Shown here: one piece after another, positions 1-10,747 of the stretch
Layout: each line of letters opens with the position of its first letter
How positions within the stretch are numbered: the first letter of the stretch is position 1
Translations under genes and position numbers: made by a program
Source: a virus
Lineage: Duplodnaviria; Caudoviricetes
Direction: 5' to 3' (one strand)
IMG/VR virus record: IMGVR_UViG_3300017569_000126
Span: 4,865-68,864 of that record
Length of the DNA stretch: 64,000 nt
Notes under the pieces: model-generated
Databases searched by the model: none
The model's input: only the letters and a program-made list of their open reading frames with translations
Told to the model about the DNA's origin: nothing

Positions 1-258
1 TTATTTTGCATATCCTATCTAATGGGACATGGGAAAATAAAACGGATGATTCCGTCTGTTGCGTGCAGTATGTCAAGGATATAAATCTCTAAACAGTTAG
101 AGCGGCTTTGCCGCTCTTTCTTTTTGTGTATGCTGAAAATATTTTTATATTTTTTGAAAATTCCTATTGACATATGCCGCAAAGCGTGGTATACTATAAT
201 CACGGAAAGCAAAGAGCAATCCGAATACATAGCCTATACAGGCAAAGGAGATTTCACC

Positions 259-435
259 ATGAAAGTTAATAACAAGCAATTTATCCGCGATTATCTCGGT
301 AGTAAACGCTTTGCAAGCCCTGAATATTGGGAAGCAAAGAGAGAAGCCGAACAGGAACAAGAATATAGTGAATATATCATGTATCACGGATACATGATTA
401 GCCCTGATGAATACGAGCAGACAATCCGATACTAA
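259..435 (+). CDS. small hypothetical protein (58 aa)
   Basis: AAAGGAG RBS then ATG at 259, in frame with track ORF 124..435; promoter upstream and terminator downstream. Confidence 0.65.
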   Translation: MKVNNKQFIRDYLGSKRFASPEYWEAKREAEQEQEYSEYIMYHGYMISPDEYEQTIRY

Positions 436-440
436 AACAC

Positions 441-466
441 AGCGCGGCAAATGCCGCGCTTTTCTT
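441..466 (+). terminator. intrinsic terminator
   Basis: AGCGCGGCA-AA-TGCCGCGCT followed by T-rich tail, directly after the ORF stop. Confidence 0.75.
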
Positions 467-546
467 ATATCCTAAAATAATAATATTTTTATATTTTAGT
501 ATTTTATAAAGTGCAAAAATTTTTTCAAGTTTTTTATAAAAACCTA

Positions 547-575
547 TTGACAAGTAAAATAAAAAAGAGTATAAT
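547..575 (+). promoter_or_regulatory. sigma70/sigmaA consensus promoter
   Basis: TTGACA-17 bp-TATAAT, perfect consensus. Confidence 0.85.
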
Positions 576-692
576 AAAACCATAGAAAGCAAGGGAGGCG
601 CTAACAATGACATACGTTTTAACCGATGATGATACCCCGCTTTGACGGCAAAAGCAAAAGTACATATTTTAGATTAAAAGGAGATTATCAAA

Positions 693-947
693 ATGAGCAA
701 AAAGGAATTTGTGGCCGATATTATGGAAACAGTTGGAAGCCTGATGGCGATGGCCGGAATGGGCTGGTTTTTCGTTGAAATCTTTTTTGGATGGTTAAAT
801 TATTATCGCGTTAATTGGGTGCATATCTGTTTTGCAATCGCTTTATTGGTTTTTGGCTTGATGTTCGCCCAATGGGGAAGTGAGGATTATTGGATAGAAC
901 AAAGCTATTTGAGCGAATCAAAAAAACGCACACACAAGGCACGTTAA
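693..947 (+). CDS. small membrane protein, two predicted TM helices
   Basis: AAGGAG RBS; two hydrophobic stretches. Confidence 0.7.
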   Translation: MSKKEFVADIMETVGSLMAMAGMGWFFVEIFFGWLNYYRVNWVHICFAIALLVFGLMFAQWGSEDYWIEQSYLSESKKRTHKAR

Positions 948-1629
948 AAGGTTAAAAGGCTGTTGCAATTTTGCAATGGCCTTTTCTTTTTAGAATACTA
1001 AAATAATATTTTTATATTATCGTTTTGCCTTTATCGGCAATTTTGCCATTTTATACCACGTTTTTATTTGTCGATGCTGGAAAATTTTAGTAAATCGTAA
1101 ATGACATAATCATAAATGACTAAAATTTTATCTTGCAAGCCGAAAAGGTCAAAAGCTCAATTTTGCGGCCATTTCCAGATGTTTTATAACTTTATTGGCA
1201 TGGTTTGTTTTTTATAATTACAAGGGCTTATAAAACCTTTATTTTGCGGGTTTTGTGCGTCTTGATGGCTATAAAATTTTTCCAGATTTTCCCAGCCTAT
1301 GCTATCTACAAAACGTAATTTTTTCTAAAACGTGTATTTATAAAATGTATAGCGTTTTTACAAATCACATTTTACAAAAAGCAAAAACAAAATCCAATTA
1401 CCAAAAATAAAAAATAAATATTATTTCTAAAAATACAAAATCGAAAAAGTTTTATATAATATAAAAGCCTAAAAATCTAAAATAAAAATTACGTTTTATT
1501 AAATATTCTAAAATATAATAATATTATCTTTTTAGATTCCATCACGGCGGTTTATTCCAGTCTTTGCGCGATTTGTTTTCCAGACTTAAAAATCAGCTAA
1601 AAATTTTCAAAAAATTTTTGAAAAAAGTA

Positions 1630-1658
1630 TTGACTTGTATTTTAGAATGTGGTATACT
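1630..1658 (+). promoter_or_regulatory. sigmaA-type promoter
   Basis: TTGACT-17 bp-TATACT with TGTG upstream of the -10. Confidence 0.75.
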
Positions 1659-1740
1659 ATTGTTGTCGAGAGGAACAACTTCCGATGGCGTTGACTGACC
1701 GTTCAGTCGTACATAGTCCAAAAGGACAAAGGAGATTTTT

Positions 1741-1899
1741 ATGCTGTATACCGTTAATTTTACGAATGAGGGCGAAGTCGTTGACACGAAAAACTACCAC
1801 GATGAGGATGGCGCTATTTGGGCAGGCTGTAATTGGGTAGCAGATGAACAACACGATAGAGGCTATTTTATTACGGCACGGATTGACAATAGGTTTTGA
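1741..1899 (+). CDS. small hypothetical protein (52 aa, below the track cutoff)
   Basis: AAAGGAG RBS, ATG 1741 to TGA 1899 (MLYTVNFTNEGEVVDTKNYH...), between a promoter and a terminator. Confidence 0.65.
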   Translation: MLYTVNFTNEGEVVDTKNYHDEDGAIWAGCNWVADEQHDRGYFITARIDNRF

Positions 1900-1942
1900 A
1901 GATATACGATACACAACAAAGGATGGTGAAGATTAAATAACC

Positions 1943-1970
1943 ATAGCGGGCAGAAATGCCCGCTATTTTA
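1943..1970 (+). terminator. intrinsic terminator
   Basis: ATAGCGGGCA-GAAA-TGCCCGCTAT plus T tract. Confidence 0.75.
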
Positions 1971-2738
1971 TTTGATTTTGGCGTTTTAACATTTTAGAAA
2001 TAATGGCTTTGCGATAAATTCTAAAAAGATTTTTTGGCTCTACATGGTTTGTATGAAACAAAATCTTAAAATAAAAACGTAAAGCCGTAATAAAATTTTT
2101 GCAAACTTTTTCACTTTTCCCCTAATTCTAAAACATAATAATATTATCTTAGAATTTTCGCATTTTTGGATTTTCAAAAATTATTTTTTTTTGCTTTTTC
2201 AGAATACCAAAATTTTTTGCTTTTTTGAATTTGTAAATTCAAGTCACTGTAAAATTTTGTAAATTATCTGATTGAAAATTAGAAATTTGGCTGAATGATT
2301 TTTTAGAAATTCTAAAAGATAATATGTTTATATTGGTAAAATTTTCCATGGCGATATAGGCCAAAAATCGTGGGCTAATTTTTGCCGCGCAAGAAAAGCG
2401 GTATATTTGCAGGGCATATATAGCAGGGCGTGAGCTTTTTCGTGAGCGCCCACAGCCGCGCCATTGTGGGCTTTTTGTGGCGTGTATGAGTGTATTCTAA
2501 TATAAAAATATTATTCTTTTGCGCGTGCTGGACAGTGCCAGCGCCCAAAATTTACAAGTTTTTTTACTCTTTACAAGCAACTGTACAAATAAAAATATAT
2601 TTTTTGGGATAATACGTTATTTTTATCTGTTTTATGGCAATTATCCGACAAACAAAGCGCATTTGCCGTTTTAGTCGCTCTTGTGCAATTCTAACAATAA
2701 TATATCAATATTACATGGTTATTTCGTCACTTTACCGA

Positions 2739-2767
2739 TTGAAACATGTTTGCGTTCGTGGTATACT
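2739..2767 (+). promoter_or_regulatory. sigmaA-type promoter
   Basis: TTGAAA-17 bp-TATACT upstream of ORF 2869. Confidence 0.65.
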
Positions 2768-2868
2768 ATTGACAATGGAAGGGGAGAACAACACCCGACC
2801 ACGCGAACGCAGACAGCGCCGCGCAAGTACATAGCCGCCCAACGGCACGAACGAAAGGAAGAAACACC

Positions 2869-3630
2869 ATGAAAAAGACTGCCGAAAATCGCCAGAACAC
2901 CGCCAGCATGAACATCAACAGCCGTTATAAATCCGCTATCAGCGGCCAGCCAATAGACCATGACGCATGGCGCACATGCAATGGTATCACAAAGGCCAGC
3001 ATACCCAGCCAGCCGATTATAGCAGCATATAACAGCGAATTGAATATTCCGCGCATTGACAGACTGCCCGCTATACTCACAAGCGCGATGTGCGCCGCCA
3101 AAAATGCCGATGCCGTTACAACGTGGTTGACTTTGCGCGTGGACGTAGCGGACAGCACCGACACAAGAGCGCTACAACTTGCTTTGCGTTATGCCTACAA
3201 CGCGACAATAGCACGGGACAAGCGCGGCAATATACGCATCGTGTTTGCGCCACGTTGCAATTTAAGCGGCATTGCTAAGGCCATCCGCTATATTGCCAGC
3301 TATAACGGTATTACAATCAGCGGCATTTACGCCAACGCCAAAACGCCGGAAATGCTGGACGGTGTAGAAGTTGAAAGCCTAAATGATTGCGCCGCGCTTG
3401 AAGAAATTTTTGTAAAACGTTTTGGATACACCTTTAAACCCGACAAAAACGGTAAAGGAATTTCAGCAAGTGCAATTTTTGAAAATGATAGGCAAACGCT
3501 CGCAACGTTATCCGCACTCAATGCCCTTGCTACAACATTGGCGAAAGGTAAAACGGCAGACAAGGCCAGCGCGGAAGCCCTCAAGCAATATGGCTACACG
3601 CTTAAAAGAGGCAACAAGGCCAGCGCCTAA
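2869..3630 (+). CDS. hypothetical protein (253 aa, Ala-rich)
   Basis: long ORF with GAAAGGAAG RBS, own promoter and terminator; family not recognised. Confidence 0.75.
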   Translation: MKKTAENRQNTASMNINSRYKSAISGQPIDHDAWRTCNGITKASIPSQPIIAAYNSELNIPRIDRLPAILTSAMCAAKNADAVTTWLTLRVDVADSTDTRALQLALRYAYNATIARDKRGNIRIVFAPRCNLSGIAKAIRYIASYNGITISGIYANAKTPEMLDGVEVESLNDCAALEEIFVKRFGYTFKPDKNGKGISASAIFENDRQTLATLSALNALATTLAKGKTADKASAEALKQYGYTLKRGNKASA

Positions 3631-3651
3631 AACCCCGACCACCTACCACCG

Positions 3652-3681
3652 CCCCGGCGGACTCCCCGCCGGGGATTTTTT
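3652..3681 (+). terminator. intrinsic terminator
   Basis: CCCCGGCGG-ACTCC-CCGCCGGGG then ATTTTTT. Confidence 0.8.
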
Positions 3682-4056
3682 GCGGCCATTTTTCCGAAAA
3701 CAAACCGCCCCCGTTTTACAATTTTGGCCGCAGCGAGAGAACGATTTGATATATACCTATTTACCTCACAGAAAAATTATCAAAATCACTCCATAATATA
3801 GAAATTTCCAAGAAACGTCAAAATCTTTGCGACACCAAAAATATATCTTTCTTCTTTTACGGAGAGCACGCACAAAATGCAGTAAAAATACGGCTCCATT
3901 TTTGCATCATGCAGATAATTTTTCTGCATAATTCCCATCCCGCCCTAATATAAAAATTTATACCCCGTCCAATTATAACGAGGTATAACATAAATTTATA
4001 TAAAATTTTATACAACCCTAAAAAGGAAAGCCATTTCCGCAGCACAATTTTGTAAA

Positions 4057-4290
4057 TTAGCCTTTGCCAATTCTCGTAAAATAAAAACAAGTCGTTGTTC
4101 CATCCTTAACATTAGGGTAAATAATAAAATGCGAGAACTTATAGTCACATGTTCTTATAAAACATATCGCTTCATTGTCTCCATCTGAAAGGAACCAACC
4201 GTTTTCGTTATCACACGATTTTCTTCCCATAACGACGACAGGATTATCGTCGAACGCAAACGCCACACGGTTATTTTCAGAGTTCTTCAT
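4057..4290 (-). CDS. hypothetical protein
   Basis: last gene of a tightly tiled minus-strand run. Confidence 0.6.
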   Translation of the reverse strand: MKNSENNRVAFAFDDNPVVVMGRKSCDNENGWFLSDGDNEAICFIRTCDYKFSHFIIYPNVKDGTTTCFYFTRIGKG

Positions 4291-4687
4291 ACTTTTTTCT
4301 TAGCCCTCTTATACACTCCAATGTAGCTTCACACTGTGCATAGTATTCCTGCAATCTTTCCATTCTTATTTTAGTATTTCTCATTTCAGTCTGAACATTT
4401 TCAATCGCCATATTTAGCGTTACTGGAACATAGAAATTTCCAATTCCATATGACCAATATTTTTGGTATGTTTGCGGGAACTTTTCTGGTGTCAAAACGA
4501 GTGCGTCCAAAGTCTCATTATACGGAGTGTTGCTAATCTTTTCTCCGTATTTTGCGCTTAGTTTTAGCAAGGCGAGAGACTCTTTGGACTCTTTATCGTA
4601 ACACTCTTTCTGCTCCTTTTTCCAATCTTCCTCGTTCCAAAAGACTACTAAAAAAGGCTCTGAGCTTCCATCTTCATATACAGTCAT
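4277..4687 (-). CDS. hypothetical protein, C-terminal coiled coil
   Basis: overlapping stop/start tiling with neighbours. Confidence 0.7.
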   Translation of the reverse strand: MTVYEDGSSEPFLVVFWNEEDWKKEQKECYDKESKESLALLKLSAKYGEKISNTPYNETLDALVLTPEKFPQTYQKYWSYGIGNFYVPVTLNMAIENVQTEMRNTKIRMERLQEYYAQCEATLECIRGLRKKYEEL

Positions 4688-5049
4688 TCGCTCACCTTCT
4701 CGTCGTTCTCAATAATTGGGAATTTTACTTGAAGAAATGTCTTGAAATTCTTTGCAGTTTCAATCACATTTTTTGCGTTTCCAACTTCTTCCTCATCAGC
4801 TTCTATATCTACGACAAATTGATAATTGTTACAAACTCTGTCAATATATTTCATTGCCTCGTCATAGCTAATTTCACGAATTGAGTTTCCCTCATCAGAC
4901 ATAATGGCAGGATAATCTTTAGGACAAGATACTTTTATGGAAAAATCCAGAGGTGGCACTACACTCTTGCTGAGTCTCATCAAATTTCTTTTAATTGCCA
5001 TTACTTGTTGTTCGGATTCTACATAATAAATGTTATGAAAGCTATACAT
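4684..5049 (-). CDS. hypothetical protein
   Basis: tiling with neighbours. Confidence 0.7.
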   Translation of the reverse strand: MYSFHNIYYVESEQQVMAIKRNLMRLSKSVVPPLDFSIKVSCPKDYPAIMSDEGNSIREISYDEAMKYIDRVCNNYQFVVDIEADEEEVGNAKNVIETAKNFKTFLQVKFPIIENDEKVSE

Positions 5050-5051
5050 TC

Positions 5052-5375
5052 TTACACCGTCCCGAAATATTTTTTACTAATAGCTTCTTTTAATTTTTCG
5101 AGTCTCTTTAATTTATCATCAAAAGTTTTAATCTCGTTGAGTGTATTCTCATACACTTCTTTAGCTTTATCTTTATCGAGTTCTGTAAAAGTGCCACCAT
5201 CTGTTACAGTGTAAATGGCAGGATATTTACTTGGAGGAATTATTTCATAAAGTGTGCCCTGCAAATCAATCACACTAAGAAGCTGTTCTCCGTGAACCTT
5301 CACACTTTTAATTTCGATGGTCTTCATCACGTCATTAAAGTCGAACAGAACATAGTAATCCCCAACCTTAATCAT
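5052..5375 (-). CDS. hypothetical protein
   Basis: GGAGG RBS, tiling. Confidence 0.7.
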   Translation of the reverse strand: MIKVGDYYVLFDFNDVMKTIEIKSVKVHGEQLLSVIDLQGTLYEIIPPSKYPAIYTVTDGGTFTELDKDKAKEVYENTLNEIKTFDDKLKRLEKLKEAISKKYFGTV

Positions 5376-5965
5376 GTATATTCCTCCGTTTCGCCCTTAA
5401 TACTCACTTCGTTAGAAGTAAATGTTTCCCCGTTATTAAATGCTTCGATGCAATCTTTTAAGTCAATATAACCACCGTAGGTTTCTGGAACAGAAGTAAC
5501 AAGCTCAATAGAATCTATAAAATTATGCCAATCTTTTTCGGCTTTTTCTTTGTTTTCGTAATATTTTTCAAAAACGAAAACCGTTACGCATCTTTCGCCT
5601 GTTATGTCTGAGTAAAGTTTGCTCGAATCAACAGCAATTATATCCTTATCCTTTAGAATCGGCGCAAGCTTGCAATAAATAAAACCTTTTGTAATAACAG
5701 TGGCCCTGTTCCACGCATTGTATCCTGGAGGCATACAAGGTACTACACCTTGCAAAGCGTTGTCTTTATGACAAAGAGAACGCATCATAAACATTCCGAC
5801 ATGTTTTGGAGCATCCTGCGTAAGCCATAAATAATGATTGTTTTCCTTGTCAATATATCTAAAACAAAAATGCTTAAATCTGTTTTCAAAATATTCAGGA
5901 ACTGTTTCAATATTGAGTATCGCATCAAGAACATCGTCTTGACTAACATTTGCAGTAATTCTCAT
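5372..5965 (-). CDS. hypothetical protein
   Basis: GGAG RBS, tiling. Confidence 0.7.
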   Translation of the reverse strand: MRITANVSQDDVLDAILNIETVPEYFENRFKHFCFRYIDKENNHYLWLTQDAPKHVGMFMMRSLCHKDNALQGVVPCMPPGYNAWNRATVITKGFIYCKLAPILKDKDIIAVDSSKLYSDITGERCVTVFVFEKYYENKEKAEKDWHNFIDSIELVTSVPETYGGYIDLKDCIEAFNNGETFTSNEVSIKGETEEYT

Positions 5966-5967
5966 GG

Positions 5968-6294
5968 TTATTTCTCCCCATTAGGATTGTCTTCCAAGAC
6001 AAAATCATACCCTTTATAACTTCCAAATAAAGTATATTTTTTTACTAAAAGGCAATCAATAACGTCTTCACTATCGTAGGCATACTCCAAACCAGCAGAT
6101 ACGGGAATTACTTTTCTGTATTCTTCGTATTCAACTAACGCTTTATGATAACCGCAGCCCCTAAAAGATATTTTGGCTTTTACCCGTTCTGCTTCCTTTT
6201 TGAATGGTAATACTAATGCGAGTAAGAAAAACATCGCGCAAAGTATCACATTTCCCACAAGCCATGCCACAATTTTAGTCACACAAATCACCAC
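5968..6294 (-). CDS. hypothetical protein with N-terminal TM helix
   Basis: hydrophobic N-terminus, tiling. Confidence 0.65.
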   Translation of the reverse strand: MVICVTKIVAWLVGNVILCAMFFLLALVLPFKKEAERVKAKISFRGCGYHKALVEYEEYRKVIPVSAGLEYAYDSEDVIDCLLVKKYTLFGSYKGYDFVLEDNPNGEK

Positions 6295-7676
6295 CTCGAC
6301 ATTACGTTATAATCCTCGTATTTGTATAATCTTGCTCCGTAATGTTGTGAATAAGCATATTGCGTGTCTGTCTCAACCGTTAATTCTATCGGATACTGCC
6401 CATTATCGTCCATATAACTGGCGTTCGTAAATGCACATTCTCTGGTTGAGAAAAGCTTATTTACAGCCTCGTCAAATATTTTTTGTTCTGTAAAATTCGC
6501 ACCATATCTGTGTCCAAATGTCTCCCATTCCAGATAGTAGCTTTTGTGTTTTACATATTGTTTAGCGTCAGCCTTCAAAATCCCCCATACGTTGTTTACC
6601 ACCTTATACTGCTTGCACGCTTTTATATCGCATATGGTTACATCTTCAATTTTTGCTGTGCTGTTCTGGGCAATTTCTCCAAGAGTCGTCAAAAATTTAA
6701 TATAATTTTCGCAGTATTCGGTTCCATGAAGTCCTTTAATATCGTCATATACCCAAGCAATCACATATTGGCTATCGTAAAAATATCTCCACAATGTTCC
6801 TATTGTTGATATTTTAGCACCGTCAGGAAGATTAAATTCTTCAAAATTATACGGATTTACCCATGATTTCTCCGTTCCGCTTGTTTTTTCGCACCGTAGT
6901 TTATAGCCGAGCGAATTAAAGTTTGCTCTTACAAATTCATGAGCTTCATCTTTAGTTAAAACTGGACTTTCGCAAGCTCTATTTTTAGTGTAATCATCTA
7001 AAGTTATATCATCCCAATAAAATTTATACGATGGGTCACATACACGGTTCTCTTTAACCGCTTGTATTAGTTCCTTTGGAATTGTACCAGCAGCAATATG
7101 GGAAGCATCAATCGCTCCGACCGTTACATTTTTATCGGTCTGCTTAATTGCGCCTTGCGTATCACCAAAAATGCCATTGGTCATTTTAGTACGTTTTCCG
7201 TCTTTATCAATATAATATACGCTGCATCCAGAATTAACGTAACTTTCTACATCATCGGGATAAATTGACAATATAAGTTCGTATTCGCCAATTTTGTATA
7301 CTAAGACATATTGCTCTTTGTAAAATTCGTTTGAATATTTCTCGGAGTTATCAATAATTATGTTTTCCTCTTTAGGAGTATTATTTTGTCCAACGGGAAT
7401 ATTCTTGCAAACCTTACAAAAAGCAAGATAATCTCTTAAATTCTCAAAGACAATGAGTGTATTACTCTTTTTTAGATAAGGTTCCTTAACTGCTCGACCT
7501 TCCCATATTGTTTCTCTGGTTTCAATATAGTCCGAAACCAATTCACGCATCGTCTTAAATTCAGTCCAAGACAACCTAACCTTATTCTCTTTAGAATTTT
7601 GGGCACAATCCCTTGTTGCGATTGCATATGAAACATTTGGAACAAAAATGCCAATTAACCACCAAAACATCGTCAT
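6288..7676 (-). CDS. hypothetical protein (462 aa), N-terminal membrane anchor
   Basis: long ORF, tiling; family not recognised. Confidence 0.75.
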   Translation of the reverse strand: MTMFWWLIGIFVPNVSYAIATRDCAQNSKENKVRLSWTEFKTMRELVSDYIETRETIWEGRAVKEPYLKKSNTLIVFENLRDYLAFCKVCKNIPVGQNNTPKEENIIIDNSEKYSNEFYKEQYVLVYKIGEYELILSIYPDDVESYVNSGCSVYYIDKDGKRTKMTNGIFGDTQGAIKQTDKNVTVGAIDASHIAAGTIPKELIQAVKENRVCDPSYKFYWDDITLDDYTKNRACESPVLTKDEAHEFVRANFNSLGYKLRCEKTSGTEKSWVNPYNFEEFNLPDGAKISTIGTLWRYFYDSQYVIAWVYDDIKGLHGTEYCENYIKFLTTLGEIAQNSTAKIEDVTICDIKACKQYKVVNNVWGILKADAKQYVKHKSYYLEWETFGHRYGANFTEQKIFDEAVNKLFSTRECAFTNASYMDDNGQYPIELTVETDTQYAYSQHYGARLYKYEDYNVMSRW

Positions 7677-8257
7677 TCACCCTTACAGACCTTATCGGTT
7701 GCTTTCTTTGCTTCTTCTGCATAATTGTTTTGAACTTTTTGCAGAGCCTTCACAAGTCCTTCGTAAGCTTCTCTATTTTCGTTACTGGAAGTTCTCAGTT
7801 TTTCTTCACTTCTTTTTTCATTATGATAAAACAGCCAATATCTTTCCTCGTCAAATGGTTTCTTAAAAACAATCCTTGTTCTTTTAATGGTCGAAAACTT
7901 TCTGTCGTATTGCGAAAGCAATGGATAATTGTCATCATAAAGCGTTATTTCCTGAGAACAATTTCTGTTTTCTTTCTCGTATTGCTTCAAGATAATATAT
8001 ACACTTTTGAAAAGTCCAAAATCCATTTTGATATAATTACTTGAAGCCATTATATCTTTTTTCCTTGACCGAATATCGCTTCCACAAACAAGCAAACCAT
8101 TTATGGTAAAAGCGCAAAAAGATAGGACAGTCCACAACGTTCCCCATAAAAAGCCAAAAACATTTCCCGCAGTAATCAATACAGCGAGGGAAGCTATTGC
8201 GATTATAACAGACGCAATCAGAAACAAAAGCGCCAGTATCATAAACAGTATAGACAT
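7673..8257 (-). CDS. membrane protein, two N-terminal TM helices
   Basis: hydrophobic N-terminal half; first gene after the minus-strand promoter at 8295-8323. Confidence 0.7.
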   Translation of the reverse strand: MSILFMILALLFLIASVIIAIASLAVLITAGNVFGFLWGTLWTVLSFCAFTINGLLVCGSDIRSRKKDIMASSNYIKMDFGLFKSVYIILKQYEKENRNCSQEITLYDDNYPLLSQYDRKFSTIKRTRIVFKKPFDEERYWLFYHNEKRSEEKLRTSSNENREAYEGLVKALQKVQNNYAEEAKKATDKVCKGE

Positions 8258-8294
8258 AAAAGCAATCCCCTTTCTGTGTCAACTTCTGTTAGAA

Positions 8295-8323
8295 AGTATA
8301 ACACAAAATGGGGGTTTTGTCAA
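8295..8323 (-). promoter_or_regulatory. sigmaA-type promoter with palindromic spacer
   Basis: minus strand TTGACA-17 bp-TATACT; contains ACAAAA-N6-TTTTGT. Confidence 0.75.
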
Positions 8324-8402
8324 GCACTTTTTTACGATGCTAAATAATATTTTTTCGTACTATTTAGCGTATTATCGTTAAATGCCATATTTTTCCTACA
8401 AT

Positions 8403-9320
8403 TTACCAGTTTACATAAGGAGAATTGTCTTTTTTTTCGACAAATTCCTCTGGTGTGATTTGCTTCTTAATGAAGTGTCTGTCGCTATGAACCGTATCAA
8501 TAATAAGCTTTGGGATTTTTTCTTCAAGACCGTCTACGGTAGACACAATCAAATCTTGTCCTAAAACAGAACCAAACGAAGATTGAATCCTGTCCTTATA
8601 TCTTTCATAACAGTTTTCGTAACCGCCATCAACAGCGATATGGAACACGTTCCATTTTTCGCAGACTTCCTTGTAGAGATTCTGTGTCTTTACATTGCTC
8701 TGCAATTTGTCACCAGTGAGGTCTGTCATACGAGCAGAACGAAGCTCCATATTGAGAGGTTCGTCACCCATAGTGATAATAATTCCCTTCGTTCCTGCAA
8801 AAACACCAGAGTTTGTTCTCGTCCAGCAGTCGCACTTCGTATGACGAGCAGCCATATACCATGCTGCGGTATAGCTTTCACAACTGTTTCCACCGCCGCC
8901 ACGTTCAAAGTACAAATTTTCAAGTTGAGAAGCAATACGAATATCACTCTCGAATTGTCCTATTTGAATTGGAGCATCATCGTAGTCAATATCTCCAATA
9001 CCCATGATACAGAACTCAACATCTGTTACTTGGTCAAAAAGCTGCTTCATGATTGTATCAAGGTGCTTTGCGATATAATTCGCCGTCTTTCCCATCGAGC
9101 CAGTAACGTCAAGGGCGAGAATAACAGGAATAGTGGATTTATGTTCATCACTATCGCAACATTCGCGCATAACGTTCATGGGAACGAACATATCTTTGAT
9201 TTTATTTACAGTATAAAGTTGACTTGTACTTGCCTTGTAAAATTCGTCCATAGTTGCAAATCCTCTCACAGAGGTGCTATGGTTTACATAGGCTTTAGCA
9301 GTCCAAGAGCCACCGCCCAT
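8403..9320 (-). CDS. vWA (MIDAS-type) domain protein
   Basis: VILALDVTGSMG (DxSxS-like DVTGS), GIGD and GGGGN..ESY motifs. Confidence 0.75.
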   Translation of the reverse strand: MGGGSWTAKAYVNHSTSVRGFATMDEFYKASTSQLYTVNKIKDMFVPMNVMRECCDSDEHKSTIPVILALDVTGSMGKTANYIAKHLDTIMKQLFDQVTDVEFCIMGIGDIDYDDAPIQIGQFESDIRIASQLENLYFERGGGGNSCESYTAAWYMAARHTKCDCWTRTNSGVFAGTKGIIITMGDEPLNMELRSARMTDLTGDKLQSNVKTQNLYKEVCEKWNVFHIAVDGGYENCYERYKDRIQSSFGSVLGQDLIVSTVDGLEEKIPKLIIDTVHSDRHFIKKQITPEEFVEKKDNSPYVNW

Positions 9321-9325
9321 TTATT

Positions 9326-9592
9326 TCACTCCTTTTTTATCCATTTGAAAAATTCCGTATAACTTCCTACATCAAATGTCACTTCGTCTTCTCCATAATA
9401 ACGAGTATAATAATGATGGAAGTTCGGATATTTTTCTAAAAACTTAGTTATTTCCGATAAACATTCTTCTATGGTATCGCACTCACAAATATAACTGCGA
9501 GAATGGTCGGAATGTTGAAAGTAAAATTTACCCATCAGCTTCCTCTGCGGAATCGGACTCAGCTTCATCGGAGTCATCAAACATAGAACCAT
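9326..9592 (-). CDS. hypothetical protein (true start probably the internal MGKF)
   Basis: tiling between vWA gene and upstream gene. Confidence 0.55.
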   Translation of the reverse strand: MVLCLMTPMKLSPIPQRKLMGKFYFQHSDHSRSYICECDTIEECLSEITKFLEKYPNFHHYYTRYYGEDEVTFDVGSYTEFFKWIKKE

Positions 9593-10184
9593 CGAACAAA
9601 CCGTCGAAATTCAACATATCGCCAAAACTATTATTTCCAGACAGCATAGACAGCGCCATGATATTTCCCATATTCATACCACCAGAAGAAGAATTACCAA
9701 AAACATTTCCGTTGCCATTACCAAGCAGCGACTTCATCATCATCATCTTCATAATGCTATTCATGCCGTTTTTCTTGCCACCAAGACCGTTGCCCATAAT
9801 GCTCCAAATCTTAGTGTAAAAACAGGCATTACCCAAAATCATATGTTTCTCAGGAACGATAGTCTGGATGGTGGAATCTTCGTAGCGAAAAGCTTCAACG
9901 CGCTTGCTCGCGCTATCCGTCTTAGTTACGCAACAAGGCTTGCCATTCCAGAGGATAATGTCACCAACCTTGACGGAGTTGCACATAATTGCGAAGAACA
10001 TATCGTCCGCAATATCAAAGACGAAACCGTCACAAGCGATACAGTTACCAGTCTTTGTGTTATAGACTTTGTAGCCGTTTGGTGTCTTAATGGCAATACC
10101 ATTCATCGCTAAACGACACAGCCCCGGCTGAACCTGTTGAATCAGGCTACCAAGGGTCTCGTTCATGTTTCCCATAATACTCAT
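9528..10184 (-). CDS. hypothetical protein with Gly/Met/Asn-rich C-terminus
   Basis: GAGG RBS; low-complexity tail. Confidence 0.75.
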   Translation of the reverse strand: MSIMGNMNETLGSLIQQVQPGLCRLAMNGIAIKTPNGYKVYNTKTGNCIACDGFVFDIADDMFFAIMCNSVKVGDIILWNGKPCCVTKTDSASKRVEAFRYEDSTIQTIVPEKHMILGNACFYTKIWSIMGNGLGGKKNGMNSIMKMMMMKSLLGNGNGNVFGNSSSGGMNMGNIMALSMLSGNNSFGDMLNFDGLFDGSMFDDSDEAESDSAEEADG

Positions 10185-10230
10185 AGTTATACCTCTTTCT
10201 TTATTTTATTCAAACTTCGTGCTGGCATAA

Positions 10231-10557
10231 TTATCGTAAGTAGTGATTGTCTACCACTTGAAACTTTTTCCTGCTTTCTTTTGCAGCTTTTTCTCGCTTT
10301 TCTTCTGGCGAATCGTATGCAAACGCCTCTGTACCAGACAGAATCTCAAATGTTGTTGCACAAAAATTCATCAACGTGGCAGGGTCTTCTTCAAATCTTT
10401 CTCCAAGGTCGAGAATTTTTGTCGCACATTCGTCAATATATTCCATTAACTTTTCTCGAAATTCGGAGCCTTCTTGGTAATTTTTAGAAGTCCAATTATA
10501 TTTGGATAACTGCTCAAAAGTGACAGTTTTGCCTCTTTTTTGAATTGTATTCCCCAT
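10231..10557 (-). CDS. hypothetical protein
   Basis: tiling. Confidence 0.65.
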   Translation of the reverse strand: MGNTIQKRGKTVTFEQLSKYNWTSKNYQEGSEFREKLMEYIDECATKILDLGERFEEDPATLMNFCATTFEILSGTEAFAYDSPEEKREKAAKESRKKFQVVDNHYLR

Positions 10558-10561
10558 GTTA

Positions 10562-10747
10562 TCAAAGCCCCAATTTCTCTCGAATGGAATTTACTGTTTC
10601 TATAACGTCATCGCGATAACGACCTTCGTGAATAGCAATAGCGTCATACGTTCCTATGTCGTATTCTTCCGATAGGAGATAATCAAGAACTTTTATTTCA
10701 AAAGGAGTAAACTTTGGTTTATCTGAGAGCAAATCAACAATAGGCAT
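10562..10747 (-). CDS. hypothetical protein
   Basis: GAGG RBS, tiling. Confidence 0.6.
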   Translation of the reverse strand: MPIVDLLSDKPKFTPFEIKVLDYLLSEEYDIGTYDAIAIHEGRYRDDVIETVNSIREKLGL

